From Oscillospiraceae bacterium (GTDB taxonomy: Bacteria; Bacillota; Clostridia; Oscillospirales; Oscillospiraceae), in NCBI GenBank assembly GCA_017938625.1, contig JAGBBD010000029.1:70-64069 (forward strand): a DNA stretch of 64,000 nucleotides, read 5' to 3'. Positions 9,543-17,919 of the stretch are shown here, piece after piece. The translations under genes and the position numbers were made by a program. Position 1 is the stretch's first letter; each line of letters begins with the position of its first letter. Below the pieces are notes generated by a model. It did not search any database. It had not been told where the DNA came from and saw nothing but the letters and a program-made list of their open reading frames with translations.

Positions 9543-10799
9543 TTATATCAAATACTGAGAGAGTCTGCCGTAGAGCACTTCATCGCAGATGGCTTCCACC
9601 TCAATGCCGTCGGCAGTATATTCTGTCCGCAGTACCTTAGCATCCTTGTGCAGGGTATCCACCATGCCGCCCATGGCGTAGGGCAGAAGGAATGTGCCGG
9701 TCTTCAGACCCTTGTTCAGATTTTTTTCAATCAGCTCCAGCAGCTGCGCCATATTGTCGCCTGTTCTGGCGCTGATGCCGATGCGATTTTCTCCTCTGGG
9801 AATGTCGTCCTCTTCCACAAGATCTGCCTTGTTGTAACATTCGATCACAGGAATGCCGGGTTTTGCAAGCTGAGCGATCAGCTTATCCACGACCTGTACA
9901 TGGATATCCATTTCTGGATCGGAAGCATCGATCACATGGAGCAGCAGATCCGCATACTCCAACTCCTCTAAGGTGGCTTTGAATGCCTCCACCAGATGGT
10001 GAGGCAGCTTTGCGATAAAACCGACTGTGTCAGAGAGCAATACATCCAGGGTGTCGGATACCGTCAGCTGTCTTGTGGTGGTGTCCAGCGTGTCAAACAG
10101 ACGGTTGTTGGCAGGAATCCCTGCATCTGTCAGATGGTTGAGAAGTGTGGATTTGCCTGCGTTGGTGTAACCAACGATGGCGACCACGGGAATGGAGTTC
10201 TTTAGTCTGCGCTGACGCTGGGTGGCGCGGTTTTTCCGCACCTCCTGCAGCTCGTCCTCCAATTTGGTGATGCGCTTTCGGATCAGACGACGGTCTGTTT
10301 CCAGCTGTGTTTCACCGGGACCGCGGCTGCCGATGCTGCCTTCCTGTCGTTCCAGATGGGTCCACATACCGGTCAGACGGGGCAGCAGGTATTTGTACTG
10401 CGCCAGCTCTACCTGCAGACGGCCCTCTCTCGTTTTGGCGCGCTGGGCAAAAATATCCAAAATAAGACCGCTGCGATCCATGACCATAACGCCTGTCATC
10501 TGCTCCAGAGCACGCTGCTGGGAAGGGGACAGGTCGTTGTCAAAGACCACAAGGGTCGCCTCTGTATTCTGCAGCAGTTCCTTGACCTCTTCCACCTTGC
10601 CTTCACCGATGAAGCTGTGGGGGTCGGGAGCGGGACGGGATTGGAGCACCTTTGCCACGCACTGACCGCCTGCTGTTTCCAGCAGCGCCTCCAGCTCATC
10701 CAGGGTTTCTTCCGTGGCATTTTCTTCTCTGGTGAAGATGCCTGCACTCAGACCGCACAGAACTGCTTTTTCAATTACTTTTTTCTCAAAAGGATCCAT
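9543..10799 (-). CDS. hflX: GTPase HflX (418 aa)
   Basis: G1 motif GYTNAGKST, DTVGF, NKAD, and an HflX N-terminal domain. The ATG at 10799 follows GGAGG, whereas the track start at 10820 is a TTG without an RBS. Confidence 0.92.
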   Translation of the reverse strand: MDPFEKKVIEKAVLCGLSAGIFTREENATEETLDELEALLETAGGQCVAKVLQSRPAPDPHSFIGEGKVEEVKELLQNTEATLVVFDNDLSPSQQRALEQMTGVMVMDRSGLILDIFAQRAKTREGRLQVELAQYKYLLPRLTGMWTHLERQEGSIGSRGPGETQLETDRRLIRKRITKLEDELQEVRKNRATQRQRRLKNSIPVVAIVGYTNAGKSTLLNHLTDAGIPANNRLFDTLDTTTRQLTVSDTLDVLLSDTVGFIAKLPHHLVEAFKATLEELEYADLLLHVIDASDPEMDIHVQVVDKLIAQLAKPGIPVIECYNKADLVEEDDIPRGENRIGISARTGDNMAQLLELIEKNLNKGLKTGTFLLPYAMGGMVDTLHKDAKVLRTEYTADGIEVEAICDEVLYGRLSQYLI

Positions 10800-10820
10800 A
10801 AATCCTCCAAAATCCTGCAA

Positions 10821-10854
10821 AAAATGAAAAACGCCCGCACCAATGGTGCGGGCG
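10821..10854 (-). terminator. Rho-independent terminator after rpmE
   Basis: CGCCCGCAC-CAATG-GTGCGGGCG stem followed by a T run on the minus strand. Confidence 0.8.
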
Positions 10855-10861
10855 CAGGCGC

Positions 10862-11065
10862 TTACTTCAGGCCGTACTTCTTGTTGAAACGATCAACACG
10901 ACCACCAGTGTCAACCAGCTTCTGCTTGCCGGTATAGAAAGGGTGACACTTGGAGCAGATTTCGACACGGATATCTCCCTTGGTGGAGCCGGTCTCGATC
11001 ACTTCGCCGCACGCACAACGAATGGTAGTCTGCGTATAGTTGGGATGGATGCCTTCCTTCATCAT
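10862..11065 (-). CDS. rpmE: 50S ribosomal protein L31
   Basis: MKEGIHPNY..CxC...[13 protein letters not shown] consensus. The ATG follows AGAGG. Confidence 0.95.
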   Translation of the reverse strand: MMKEGIHPNYTQTTIRCACGEVIETGSTKGDIRVEICSKCHPFYTGKQKLVDTGGRVDRFNKKYGLK

Positions 11066-11214
11066 GTTCACCTCTTTCGTCTTTGGTAAAAGGGCAAACT
11101 GCCCTCATAATTCATTCGCCAAGGTATGATATCACACTTGAAACCAATTTGCAAGTGTTTTTTTAGAAAAGTTCCTGTGAATTTTGTGCTTTGTGGGAAA
11201 GAGAGGGAATAATG

Positions 11215-11253
11215 CAAAAAACTGCTCCGACTTTCTTTGAAAAGCCGGAGCAG
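11215..11253 (-). terminator. Minus-strand terminator-like hairpin inside an AT-rich gene-less region
   Basis: CTGCTCCG...CGGAGCAG stem followed by TTTTTT on the minus strand. No recognisable gene lies upstream of it. Confidence 0.45.
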
Positions 11254-11759
11254 CAATATTCACTTTTTTAAGATGTTCTTATCGAACAGATGATTTCTTT
11301 ACGAACTTCTATGTAAATGCTCTCAAACGGTGAGCCACAACCGATCCATTATAAACTTGCATTCATTTCCGAATTACATTTATATCAACGGATCACGCAT
11401 CCGATTCGTGGGAAGATGCTTGTTTCAGATCAGCGCATTGGACTCATTCCTTTCGGTGTAGTGCGGTTCGGTATTCGACGTGTACATCGGAATCAGTCCT
11501 TTCTGTAAGTAAATTCGGATTTCTTTCTTGAGAAGTTTCTTTTGTTTCTCCTCTTTGACCACATTTTACAGGAAAGAATGTATTCTGTAAATTCGCAAAA
11601 TGTATGAAAACAAAGGGAATTTTTTTACTAACACCTTTGTAAAGATCTGTGGTACAATGATTGTGTTGGGGCGTTTTCTACCGTTGACTTTCTTAAATTA
11701 AAGTGATATAGTAATGGGGCTTGGAAACAAGCTCCATTTTGTTTTAAAGAGGGATTTAT

Positions 11760-12455
11760 TTGATCGCGGCAATCGTCAATGCAATCGTGGTCGTTCTGGG
11801 CGGCATCCTTGGGCTGCTGCTGGGCGGACGGCTGAAAGAAAAACACACGAAGACCATCGTGGCGGCTCTGGGCATCTGCACAGCTGTCATCGGCATCACC
11901 AGCGCCATTGTCACCACCAATATCCTTATTGTGATCATCTGCCTGGTGGTGGGTACCATCATCGGTGAGCTGCTGAAGATCGAGCACCGACTGGATACCT
12001 TGGGCGACTGGCTCAAATCCAAGGTGGCAAAAAACGGCGGCGGAAGATTTACCGAGGGCTTTGTGACAGCAAGCCTTCTGTTCTGTGTCGGCTCCATGGC
12101 GATCATGGGCAGCTTTGATGCAGGTCTGCGGGGCGATTACAATACCATCTTCGCCAAATCCGCCCTTGACTGTGTCATGGCTGTGACCTTTGCCGCCACC
12201 ATGGGTGTTGGTGTGCTCTTCTCCGGTGCTACTGTTTTGATCTATCAAGGTGCTCTGACTCTTCTGGCAGGCTTTGTGGAGCCCTATCTTTCCCCGGAGG
12301 TCATTGTGGAAATGAGCGCTGTGGGCGGTGTCATGCTCATCGGTACCGGCATCAACATTCTGGGACTGACCAAGGAGCGCGTGAAAGTAGGAAATATGCT
12401 CCCTGCCATCATGCTGCCTGTGTTGTGGTTTGCCGTTGCAAATCTTGTAAAATAA
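11760..12455 (+). CDS. DUF554-like integral membrane protein
   Basis: TTG start after AAGAGGGA. N-terminus MIAAIVNAIVVVLGGILG followed by multiple TM segments resembles the DUF554/YdfK family. Confidence 0.75.
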   Translation: MIAAIVNAIVVVLGGILGLLLGGRLKEKHTKTIVAALGICTAVIGITSAIVTTNILIVIICLVVGTIIGELLKIEHRLDTLGDWLKSKVAKNGGGRFTEGFVTASLLFCVGSMAIMGSFDAGLRGDYNTIFAKSALDCVMAVTFAATMGVGVLFSGATVLIYQGALTLLAGFVEPYLSPEVIVEMSAVGGVMLIGTGINILGLTKERVKVGNMLPAIMLPVLWFAVANLVK

Positions 12456-12525
12456 CAGTTGCTTTTTTTGTCGGATTTTTGCATAATAGGTCTAAGAAAA
12501 TTTTGTGGAGAAAGGCGGACGGAAG

Positions 12526-13101
12526 ATGGAGCTTTTAAAGAACAGAGTACGGGCTGAGGGTAGGATCCTGCCGGGGAATATCGTCAAGGTGGACGGTTTC
12601 CTCAACCACCGCGTTGATACCAAGCTGATGCGTGAGATCGCAAAGGAGTTCAAGCGCCGGTTTGACACGTCTGAAGTCACCATAGTCCTGACGGCGGAAG
12701 CAAGCGGCATTGCCCTTGCGACCATCTGCGCCGAAGAACTCGGCGTACCGATGATCTTTGCCAAGAAGGCAAAGAGCGACAACATCGAAGGCGGTCTGTA
12801 TCAGAGCGATATCTTCTCCTATACATATAAGAAAAAGGTGACACTTCTGGTGTCCAAGGACTGGCTCAAGCCTTCCGACAAGGTGCTGATCGTGGATGAC
12901 TTCATGGCAAACGGCGAAGCCATGCGCGGTCTGTGCGATATCGTCAAGGTGGCAGGCGCGGAACTGGTCGGCATCGGCGTTGCGGTGGAAAAGGGTTTCC
13001 AGCACGGCGGTGACCGTATCCGTGAAGCAGGCATCAACCTGCAGTCCCTTTGCATCATTGACAAAGCTGATGAAAACGGCTTCGTCTTCCGCGGAGAATA
13101 A
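12526..13101 (+). CDS. xpt: Xanthine phosphoribosyltransferase (191 aa)
   Basis: MELLKNRV..EG.ILPGNIVKVDGFLNH and the PRPP motif VLIVDDFMANG. The ATG at 12526 follows GGCGGA. Confidence 0.9.
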   Translation: MELLKNRVRAEGRILPGNIVKVDGFLNHRVDTKLMREIAKEFKRRFDTSEVTIVLTAEASGIALATICAEELGVPMIFAKKAKSDNIEGGLYQSDIFSYTYKKKVTLLVSKDWLKPSDKVLIVDDFMANGEAMRGLCDIVKVAGAELVGIGVAVEKGFQHGGDRIREAGINLQSLCIIDKADENGFVFRGE

Positions 13102-13108
13102 CAACAGC

Positions 13109-13134
13109 AGGGCGTGCATCTGCACGCCCTTTTA
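13109..13134 (+). terminator. Rho-independent terminator after xpt
   Basis: AGGGCGTGCA-TC-TGCACGCCCT followed by TTT. Confidence 0.75.
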
Positions 13135-13157
13135 TGATTTTTGAAAGAAGTGAAGCA

Positions 13158-13862
13158 ATGAATACTCGTGCGCTGCGGGCGGCATTTCCTCACACCCTTC
13201 CTGTGTTCACAGGTTATGTGGTGTTGGGAATTTCTTATGGTGTGCTGATCACCTCTCAGGGCTTCCCGTTCTGGATGCCCACGTTGACCAGTCTGACTGT
13301 TTTTGCAGGCTCTATGGAGTTTGTTCTGGTCAATATCCTCCTTGGTGCATTCGATCTTCTGCAGGCCTTTATGATGACGCTGATGGTCAATGCGCGGCAT
13401 CTGTTCTATGGCATTGCCATGTTGGATCAATACAAAAGTCTGGGACTGAAAAAGCTGTATATGATCTTCGGGTTGACAGATGAGACGTTCTCCATCGTCT
13501 GCGGCATGGAGCCGCCGGAGGGTGTCAGCAAAAGTAAGTTTATGCTGTTTGTGACGCTGCTCGATCACAGCTATTGGGTGTTGGGCTGCACGTTGGGCGG
13601 CATTTTCGGCTCTTTGCTTCGGTTTAATACCAAGGGCATTGATTTTGCCATGACTGCCATGTTCGTGGTGATCTTTTTAGAGCACTGGCAGAAGGAAAAA
13701 AGTCGCGTTCCTGCCGTTCTTGGTCTGGCACTGCCCGTTGGCTGCCTTCTTATTTTTGGGGCGGACAGCTTTATGATCCCTGCCATGCTTGCCATTCTGG
13801 CTGCGCTGACCATCCTGCGTAAGCCCTTGGAGAAGGCAGCGGAACAGGAGGTACTGTTATGA
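13158..13862 (+). CDS. azlC: AzlC-family branched-chain amino acid exporter subunit
   Basis: Polytopic membrane protein with AzlC-like FP..LPVF.GY...G.S.G N-terminus. It is paired with azlD by a 4-nt overlap. Confidence 0.8.
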   Translation: MNTRALRAAFPHTLPVFTGYVVLGISYGVLITSQGFPFWMPTLTSLTVFAGSMEFVLVNILLGAFDLLQAFMMTLMVNARHLFYGIAMLDQYKSLGLKKLYMIFGLTDETFSIVCGMEPPEGVSKSKFMLFVTLLDHSYWVLGCTLGGIFGSLLRFNTKGIDFAMTAMFVVIFLEHWQKEKSRVPAVLGLALPVGCLLIFGADSFMIPAMLAILAALTILRKPLEKAAEQEVLL

Positions 13863-14188
13863 CACTGACACAACAGCTTCTGACCATTGCCGTGGTGGCG
13901 CTTGGCACGATGCTGACACGTTTTCTGCCTTTCTTGGTCTTTACCAAGGGAAAACCTACTCCCAGGTATATCCAATATCTCGGAAAAGTTCTGCCCGGCG
14001 CTGTGTTTGGACTTCTGATCGTCTATTGTTTGAAAAACGTCACACTGCTGGCTGCACCCTATGGTCTGCCGGAAGCCATTGCGATCCTTGCCGTTATTGC
14101 CGTGCACTTTTGGAAAAAGCAGATCCTACTTTCCATTGCAGGCGGCACTGTCTTATACATGATTTTGGTTCAATTTGTGTTTGTATAA
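13859..14188 (+). CDS. azlD: AzlD-family branched-chain amino acid transport protein
   Basis: 109-aa hydrophobic protein translationally coupled to azlC. Confidence 0.8.
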   Translation: MTLTQQLLTIAVVALGTMLTRFLPFLVFTKGKPTPRYIQYLGKVLPGAVFGLLIVYCLKNVTLLAAPYGLPEAIAILAVIAVHFWKKQILLSIAGGTVLYMILVQFVFV

Positions 14189-14190
14189 AA

Positions 14191-14222
14191 AATAAGAGAA
14201 CGACTCAGTCGTTCTCTTATTT
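14191..14222. terminator. Bidirectional terminator between azlD and trmO
   Basis: AATAAGAGAACGAC-TCA-GTCGTTCTCTTATT is a perfect palindrome with flanking A/T runs. Confidence 0.8.
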
Positions 14223-14894
14223 TAGTTTTTCCACTTCGCAGACGGTCAGAATGCCGTCTTTTACATGGAAACGGAAATCATAATTGCCGAATGCCACACC
14301 ATAGAGCCTCTCCGGATCGTTCTGATACGAGGGTCTGGGATCCTGTGCCAGCAGACCCAGCACAGGCTCACGGAGTCTTTTTGGGACTTGTGCCATCAGA
14401 TCTTCCGGGAAGACGACCTGCAGATGATAATCCCGCACAGGATCGGCAAAACCGCCCACAGCATCGGGGTGGGAATCTGTGTAGGGAAGATAGGGCTTCA
14501 CATCCAGAATGGGTGTGCCATCCATAAGATCCGCTCCTGCCACATGGAGCACAGGGCCATCCTTGGTCTGTTCAAAGCCCACCAGCTTCACAGAGGAAAG
14601 ACCGATGGGATTGGGACGGAAGGGGGAGCGTGTGGCAAATACACCCATCCTCGTTTTTCCTCCGAGTCTTGGCGGCAGCACTGTCGGAGACCATGTGTCG
14701 CGGACAGCTTCGGAGAAGATCCAAAGCAGCCACAGATGGGAGTAGCCTTCAATGCCGCGGAAGGCTTCTAAATTGCGGTATTGCGGCTCGAACACGATGG
14801 TGGATACCACTTCCTCCACCAAACCCGATTGACGGGGAATACCAAATTTGGCGGTATAGTCATTGTGAATATGGGCAATGGGTCTCATTTCCAT
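14217..14894 (-). CDS. trmO: tRNA (t6A37-N6)-methyltransferase TrmO/YaeB family (225 aa)
   Basis: IGIPRQSGL...GYSHLWLLWIF...RSPFRPNPIGLS motifs. The ATG at 14894 follows GGAGG, and the longer track ORF has no support. Confidence 0.85.
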   Translation of the reverse strand: MEMRPIAHIHNDYTAKFGIPRQSGLVEEVVSTIVFEPQYRNLEAFRGIEGYSHLWLLWIFSEAVRDTWSPTVLPPRLGGKTRMGVFATRSPFRPNPIGLSSVKLVGFEQTKDGPVLHVAGADLMDGTPILDVKPYLPYTDSHPDAVGGFADPVRDYHLQVVFPEDLMAQVPKRLREPVLGLLAQDPRPSYQNDPERLYGVAFGNYDFRFHVKDGILTVCEVEKLK

Positions 14895-14970
14895 AGAAAC
14901 ACCTCCGGTAGTGTGAAGGCACAAAAACGCATCACATTCAACAAAAGTTATTCTATCATGTTCTATCTTC

Positions 14971-14999
14971 TTGACATATACCCCTGGGGGGTATATAAT
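14971..14999 (+). promoter_or_regulatory. Sigma-A promoter with embedded CsoR-type operator
   Basis: TTGACA (14971-76), a 17-nt spacer, then TATAAT (14994-99). The spacer is the GC-rich inverted repeat TATACCCC-tgg-GGGGTATA (14977-14995), which resembles known CsoR operators. Confidence 0.8.
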
Positions 15000-15027
15000 A
15001 TGACTATACAAACAGAGGAGTGAGACC

Positions 15028-15318
15028 ATGTCTGAATGCTGTAAAAAGACGGTTCGCCCCGAGCAGGAGCGGAAAAAGCTGCTCAATCGGCTCAGCCGCA
15101 TCGAGGGGCAGATCCGGGGAATCAAAAATATGGTGGAGACCGACAGCTACTGTAATGATATTTTGATCCAGTCTGCTGCCGTGACTGCAGCCATGAATGC
15201 ATTTAACAGAGAGCTGATCGCCAGTCATATGCGCACTTGCGTGGCAAAAGATCTGCGCGAAGGCCATGACGATGTGATCGAAGAACTGGCACAGACCTTG
15301 CAGAAGCTAATGAAATGA
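15028..15318 (+). CDS. csoR: CsoR-family copper-sensing transcriptional repressor
   Basis: LLNRLSRIEGQIRGI...YC.DIL.Q..A pattern with conserved Cys/His. Directly upstream of copA. Confidence 0.9.
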   Translation: MSECCKKTVRPEQERKKLLNRLSRIEGQIRGIKNMVETDSYCNDILIQSAAVTAAMNAFNRELIASHMRTCVAKDLREGHDDVIEELAQTLQKLMK

Positions 15319-15327
15319 GGGAAGAAC

Positions 15328-17796
15328 ATGAAAAAATATGATGTAACAGGGATGTCCTGTGCCGCCTGCTCAGCCCGTGTGGAAAAGGCAGTGTGCGCCG
15401 TGGAAGGTGTCACCTCGTGTTCTGTCAGCCTTCTGACCAATTCCATGGGTGTGGAGGGCACAGCGTCTGATGCTGCCATCATCGCGGCGGTGGAAAAAGC
15501 GGGCTATGGCGCATCCGTCGGAGGGCAGACCGCACCGGCAGCTGCCAAGGAGGACTCTTTGCGCGATACACAGACACCGATATTAAAAAAGCGGCTTGTC
15601 AGCTCTGTGGGATTTTTGCTGGTGCTGATGTACTTTTCCATGGGACATACCATGTGGGGCTGGCCGCTTCCTTCGTATCTGGAGGAGAATCCTGCAGCCA
15701 TTGGCTTGACGCAGCTGCTTCTGACCGCCATTGTTATGGTCATCAATCAGAACTTTTTTATATCCGGTTATAAGGCGCTGTTCCATAGAGCGCCAAATAT
15801 GGATACCCTCGTGGCGCTTGGCGCTTCCGCTGCGTTTGTCTACAGTACCTATGCCCTCTATGCCATGCTGGGTGCACAGGAACAGCACATGTGGCTGCAT
15901 GAATTATATTTTGAATCCGCTGCCATGATCCTGACACTCATTACCGTTGGCAAAATGCTGGAAGCCAGATCAAAGGGCAAGACTACAGACGCGCTGAAAA
16001 GCCTTATGAAGCTGGCACCAAAGACTGCTGCTGTAGAGGAAAACGGCAAAGAACGTCAAGTCCCTATCGAGCAGGTCAAAAAGGATGATGTGTTTCTGGT
16101 TCGCCCCGGTGAGAGCATCCCGGTGGATGGTGTGGTGTTGGAAGGAAGCAGCGCTGTCAACGAAGCAGCGCTGACCGGTGAGAGCATTCCGGTGGACAAG
16201 GAAGCAGGCAGCCGCGTCAGCGCTGCCACCATGAACACATCCGGCTTTCTGCGCTGCCGTGCCACGGCTGTGGGGGAGGACACCACCTTCTCACAGATCA
16301 TCCGCATGGTCTCCGATGCCGCCGCAACCAAAGCACCCATCGCCAAGGTGGCGGATCAGGTGTCCGGTGTATTCGTTCCTGTGGTCATGATCATTGCTGT
16401 TATCGCCACGGTCTGCTGGCTGTTGGCAGGGCAGAGCCTTGGCTATGCCCTTGCACGCGGCATCTCCGTGCTGGTCATCAGCTGTCCCTGCGCATTGGGT
16501 CTTGCCACACCGGTGGCGATCATGGTGGGCAGCGGTGTCGGCGCGAAAAACGGCATTTTGTTTAAAACAGCTGCCTCCTTGGAGCAGGCAGGCAAAACGC
16601 AGATCGTGGTGCTGGATAAAACAGGGACTATCACCTCCGGTCATCCCCAGGTGACAGATGTGATCCCGGCGCAGGACTGTGATGAAAAGACTCTGCTTCG
16701 ATATGCAGCGGCTTTGGAAAAGAAGAGCGAGCATCCTCTTGCAAAGGCCATCCTCGATCATACGGACACAACAGAGGAGGTCGCGGATTTTGCTGCTCTG
16801 CCGGGCAACGGCGTGACGGCTATGCTGAACGGCGAGACGCTGATAGGCGGAAGCCTCCGATTTATGGAAGCAAAGCTTACCATTCCGGAGCAGATCCGCA
16901 CAAAGGCGGCAGTATTGTCCCGGGAGGGAAAGACACCTTTGTTCTTTGGGAAAAACGGGCAGCTTCTCGGCATGATCGCCGTGGCGGATGCCATGAAGCA
17001 GGACAGTCCGAAAGCCATTGCCATGCTGCGGAATATGGGCATCCGTGTGGTCATGCTCACAGGCGACAATGAACGCACCGCCAATGCCATCGGCAAGCAG
17101 GCAGGCGTGGATGAGGTGGTTGCAGGTGTCCTGCCCGACGGCAAGGAACGGGTCATCCGTGAGCTGAAGCGCAAAGGCAAAGTGGCAATGGTGGGTGACG
17201 GTATCAACGATGCGCCGGCACTTATGGCGGCAGATATGGGTATCGCCATCGGCGCAGGCGCCGATGTGGCAGTGGATGCCGCTGATATTGTGCTGATGAG
17301 GAGCAGCCTTTTGGATGTGCCTGCAGCCATTCGCCTCAGCCGCGCAGCTTTGCGCAATATCCATGAGAATCTGTTCTGGGCATTTATTTATAACACCATC
17401 GGTATTCCTCTGGCGGCAGGTGTTTTTATTTCCGTTCTGGGCTGGCAGCTTAATCCCATGTTCGGTGCTGCAGCCATGAGCCTTTCCAGCTTCTGTGTGG
17501 TGACCAATGCATTGAGGCTGAATTTACTTCGTATCCACGATCCTCACCGGGATCATAAGATCAAACAGAAAAAGGAGAAAAAAGCTATGACAAAGACCAT
17601 GAAGATTGAAGGTATCATGTGCGGACATTGCGAAGCCCGTGTCAAGAAGGCGCTGGAAGCGCTGGATGCTGTGGAACTGGCAGAAGTCAGCCATGAGGCC
17701 GGCACTGCTGTCGTCACCTTGAAAGCAGCTGTTGCAGACGATGTCCTCAAGCAGGCTGTGGAAGCACAGGACTACAAGGTGCTGGATATCCAATAA
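15328..17796 (+). CDS. copA: Copper-translocating P1B-type ATPase with N- and C-terminal HMA domains
   Basis: N-terminal GMSCAACSARVEK, TM CPC motif (SCPCALGLATP), DKTGTIT, GDGINDAP, and a second HMA domain at the C-terminus (IMCGHCEARVKKALE). Confidence 0.95.
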   Translation: MKKYDVTGMSCAACSARVEKAVCAVEGVTSCSVSLLTNSMGVEGTASDAAIIAAVEKAGYGASVGGQTAPAAAKEDSLRDTQTPILKKRLVSSVGFLLVLMYFSMGHTMWGWPLPSYLEENPAAIGLTQLLLTAIVMVINQNFFISGYKALFHRAPNMDTLVALGASAAFVYSTYALYAMLGAQEQHMWLHELYFESAAMILTLITVGKMLEARSKGKTTDALKSLMKLAPKTAAVEENGKERQVPIEQVKKDDVFLVRPGESIPVDGVVLEGSSAVNEAALTGESIPVDKEAGSRVSAATMNTSGFLRCRATAVGEDTTFSQIIRMVSDAAATKAPIAKVADQVSGVFVPVVMIIAVIATVCWLLAGQSLGYALARGISVLVISCPCALGLATPVAIMVGSGVGAKNGILFKTAASLEQAGKTQIVVLDKTGTITSGHPQVTDVIPAQDCDEKTLLRYAAALEKKSEHPLAKAILDHTDTTEEVADFAALPGNGVTAMLNGETLIGGSLRFMEAKLTIPEQIRTKAAVLSREGKTPLFFGKNGQLLGMIAVADAMKQDSPKAIAMLRNMGIRVVMLTGDNERTANAIGKQAGVDEVVAGVLPDGKERVIRELKRKGKVAMVGDGINDAPALMAADMGIAIGAGADVAVDAADIVLMRSSLLDVPAAIRLSRAALRNIHENLFWAFIYNTIGIPLAAGVFISVLGWQLNPMFGAAAMSLSSFCVVTNALRLNLLRIHDPHRDHKIKQKKEKKAMTKTMKIEGIMCGHCEARVKKALEALDAVELAEVSHEAGTAVVTLKAAVADDVLKQAVEAQDYKVLDIQ

Positions 17797-17802
17797 GCTG
17801 AA

Positions 17803-17838
17803 ATACTCTGCACATCTTGGTGTGCAGGGTATTTTTTC
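17803..17838 (+). terminator. Rho-independent terminator after copA
   Basis: CTGCACA-TCTTGG-TGTGCAG stem (extendable) followed by TTTTTT. Confidence 0.75.
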
Positions 17839-17866
17839 TTGACAATAACACTGAACGTGGTAAAAT
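17839..17866 (+). promoter_or_regulatory. Candidate sigma-A promoter for the radical-SAM gene
   Basis: TTGACA (17839-44), a 16-nt spacer ending in TGG, then TAAAAT (17861-66). Confidence 0.5.
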
Positions 17867-17919
17867 AACAGAAGTGTTGCGATTTTTCGCAGATGCCGAA
17901 GAAAAATGAGGGAAACATC

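Noticed and set aside
12456-12525. Purine riboswitch upstream of xpt
   Set aside because: Only about 70 nt of leader is present, containing a promoter-like TTGCTT…ATAATA. No three-way-junction aptamer sequence could be found.
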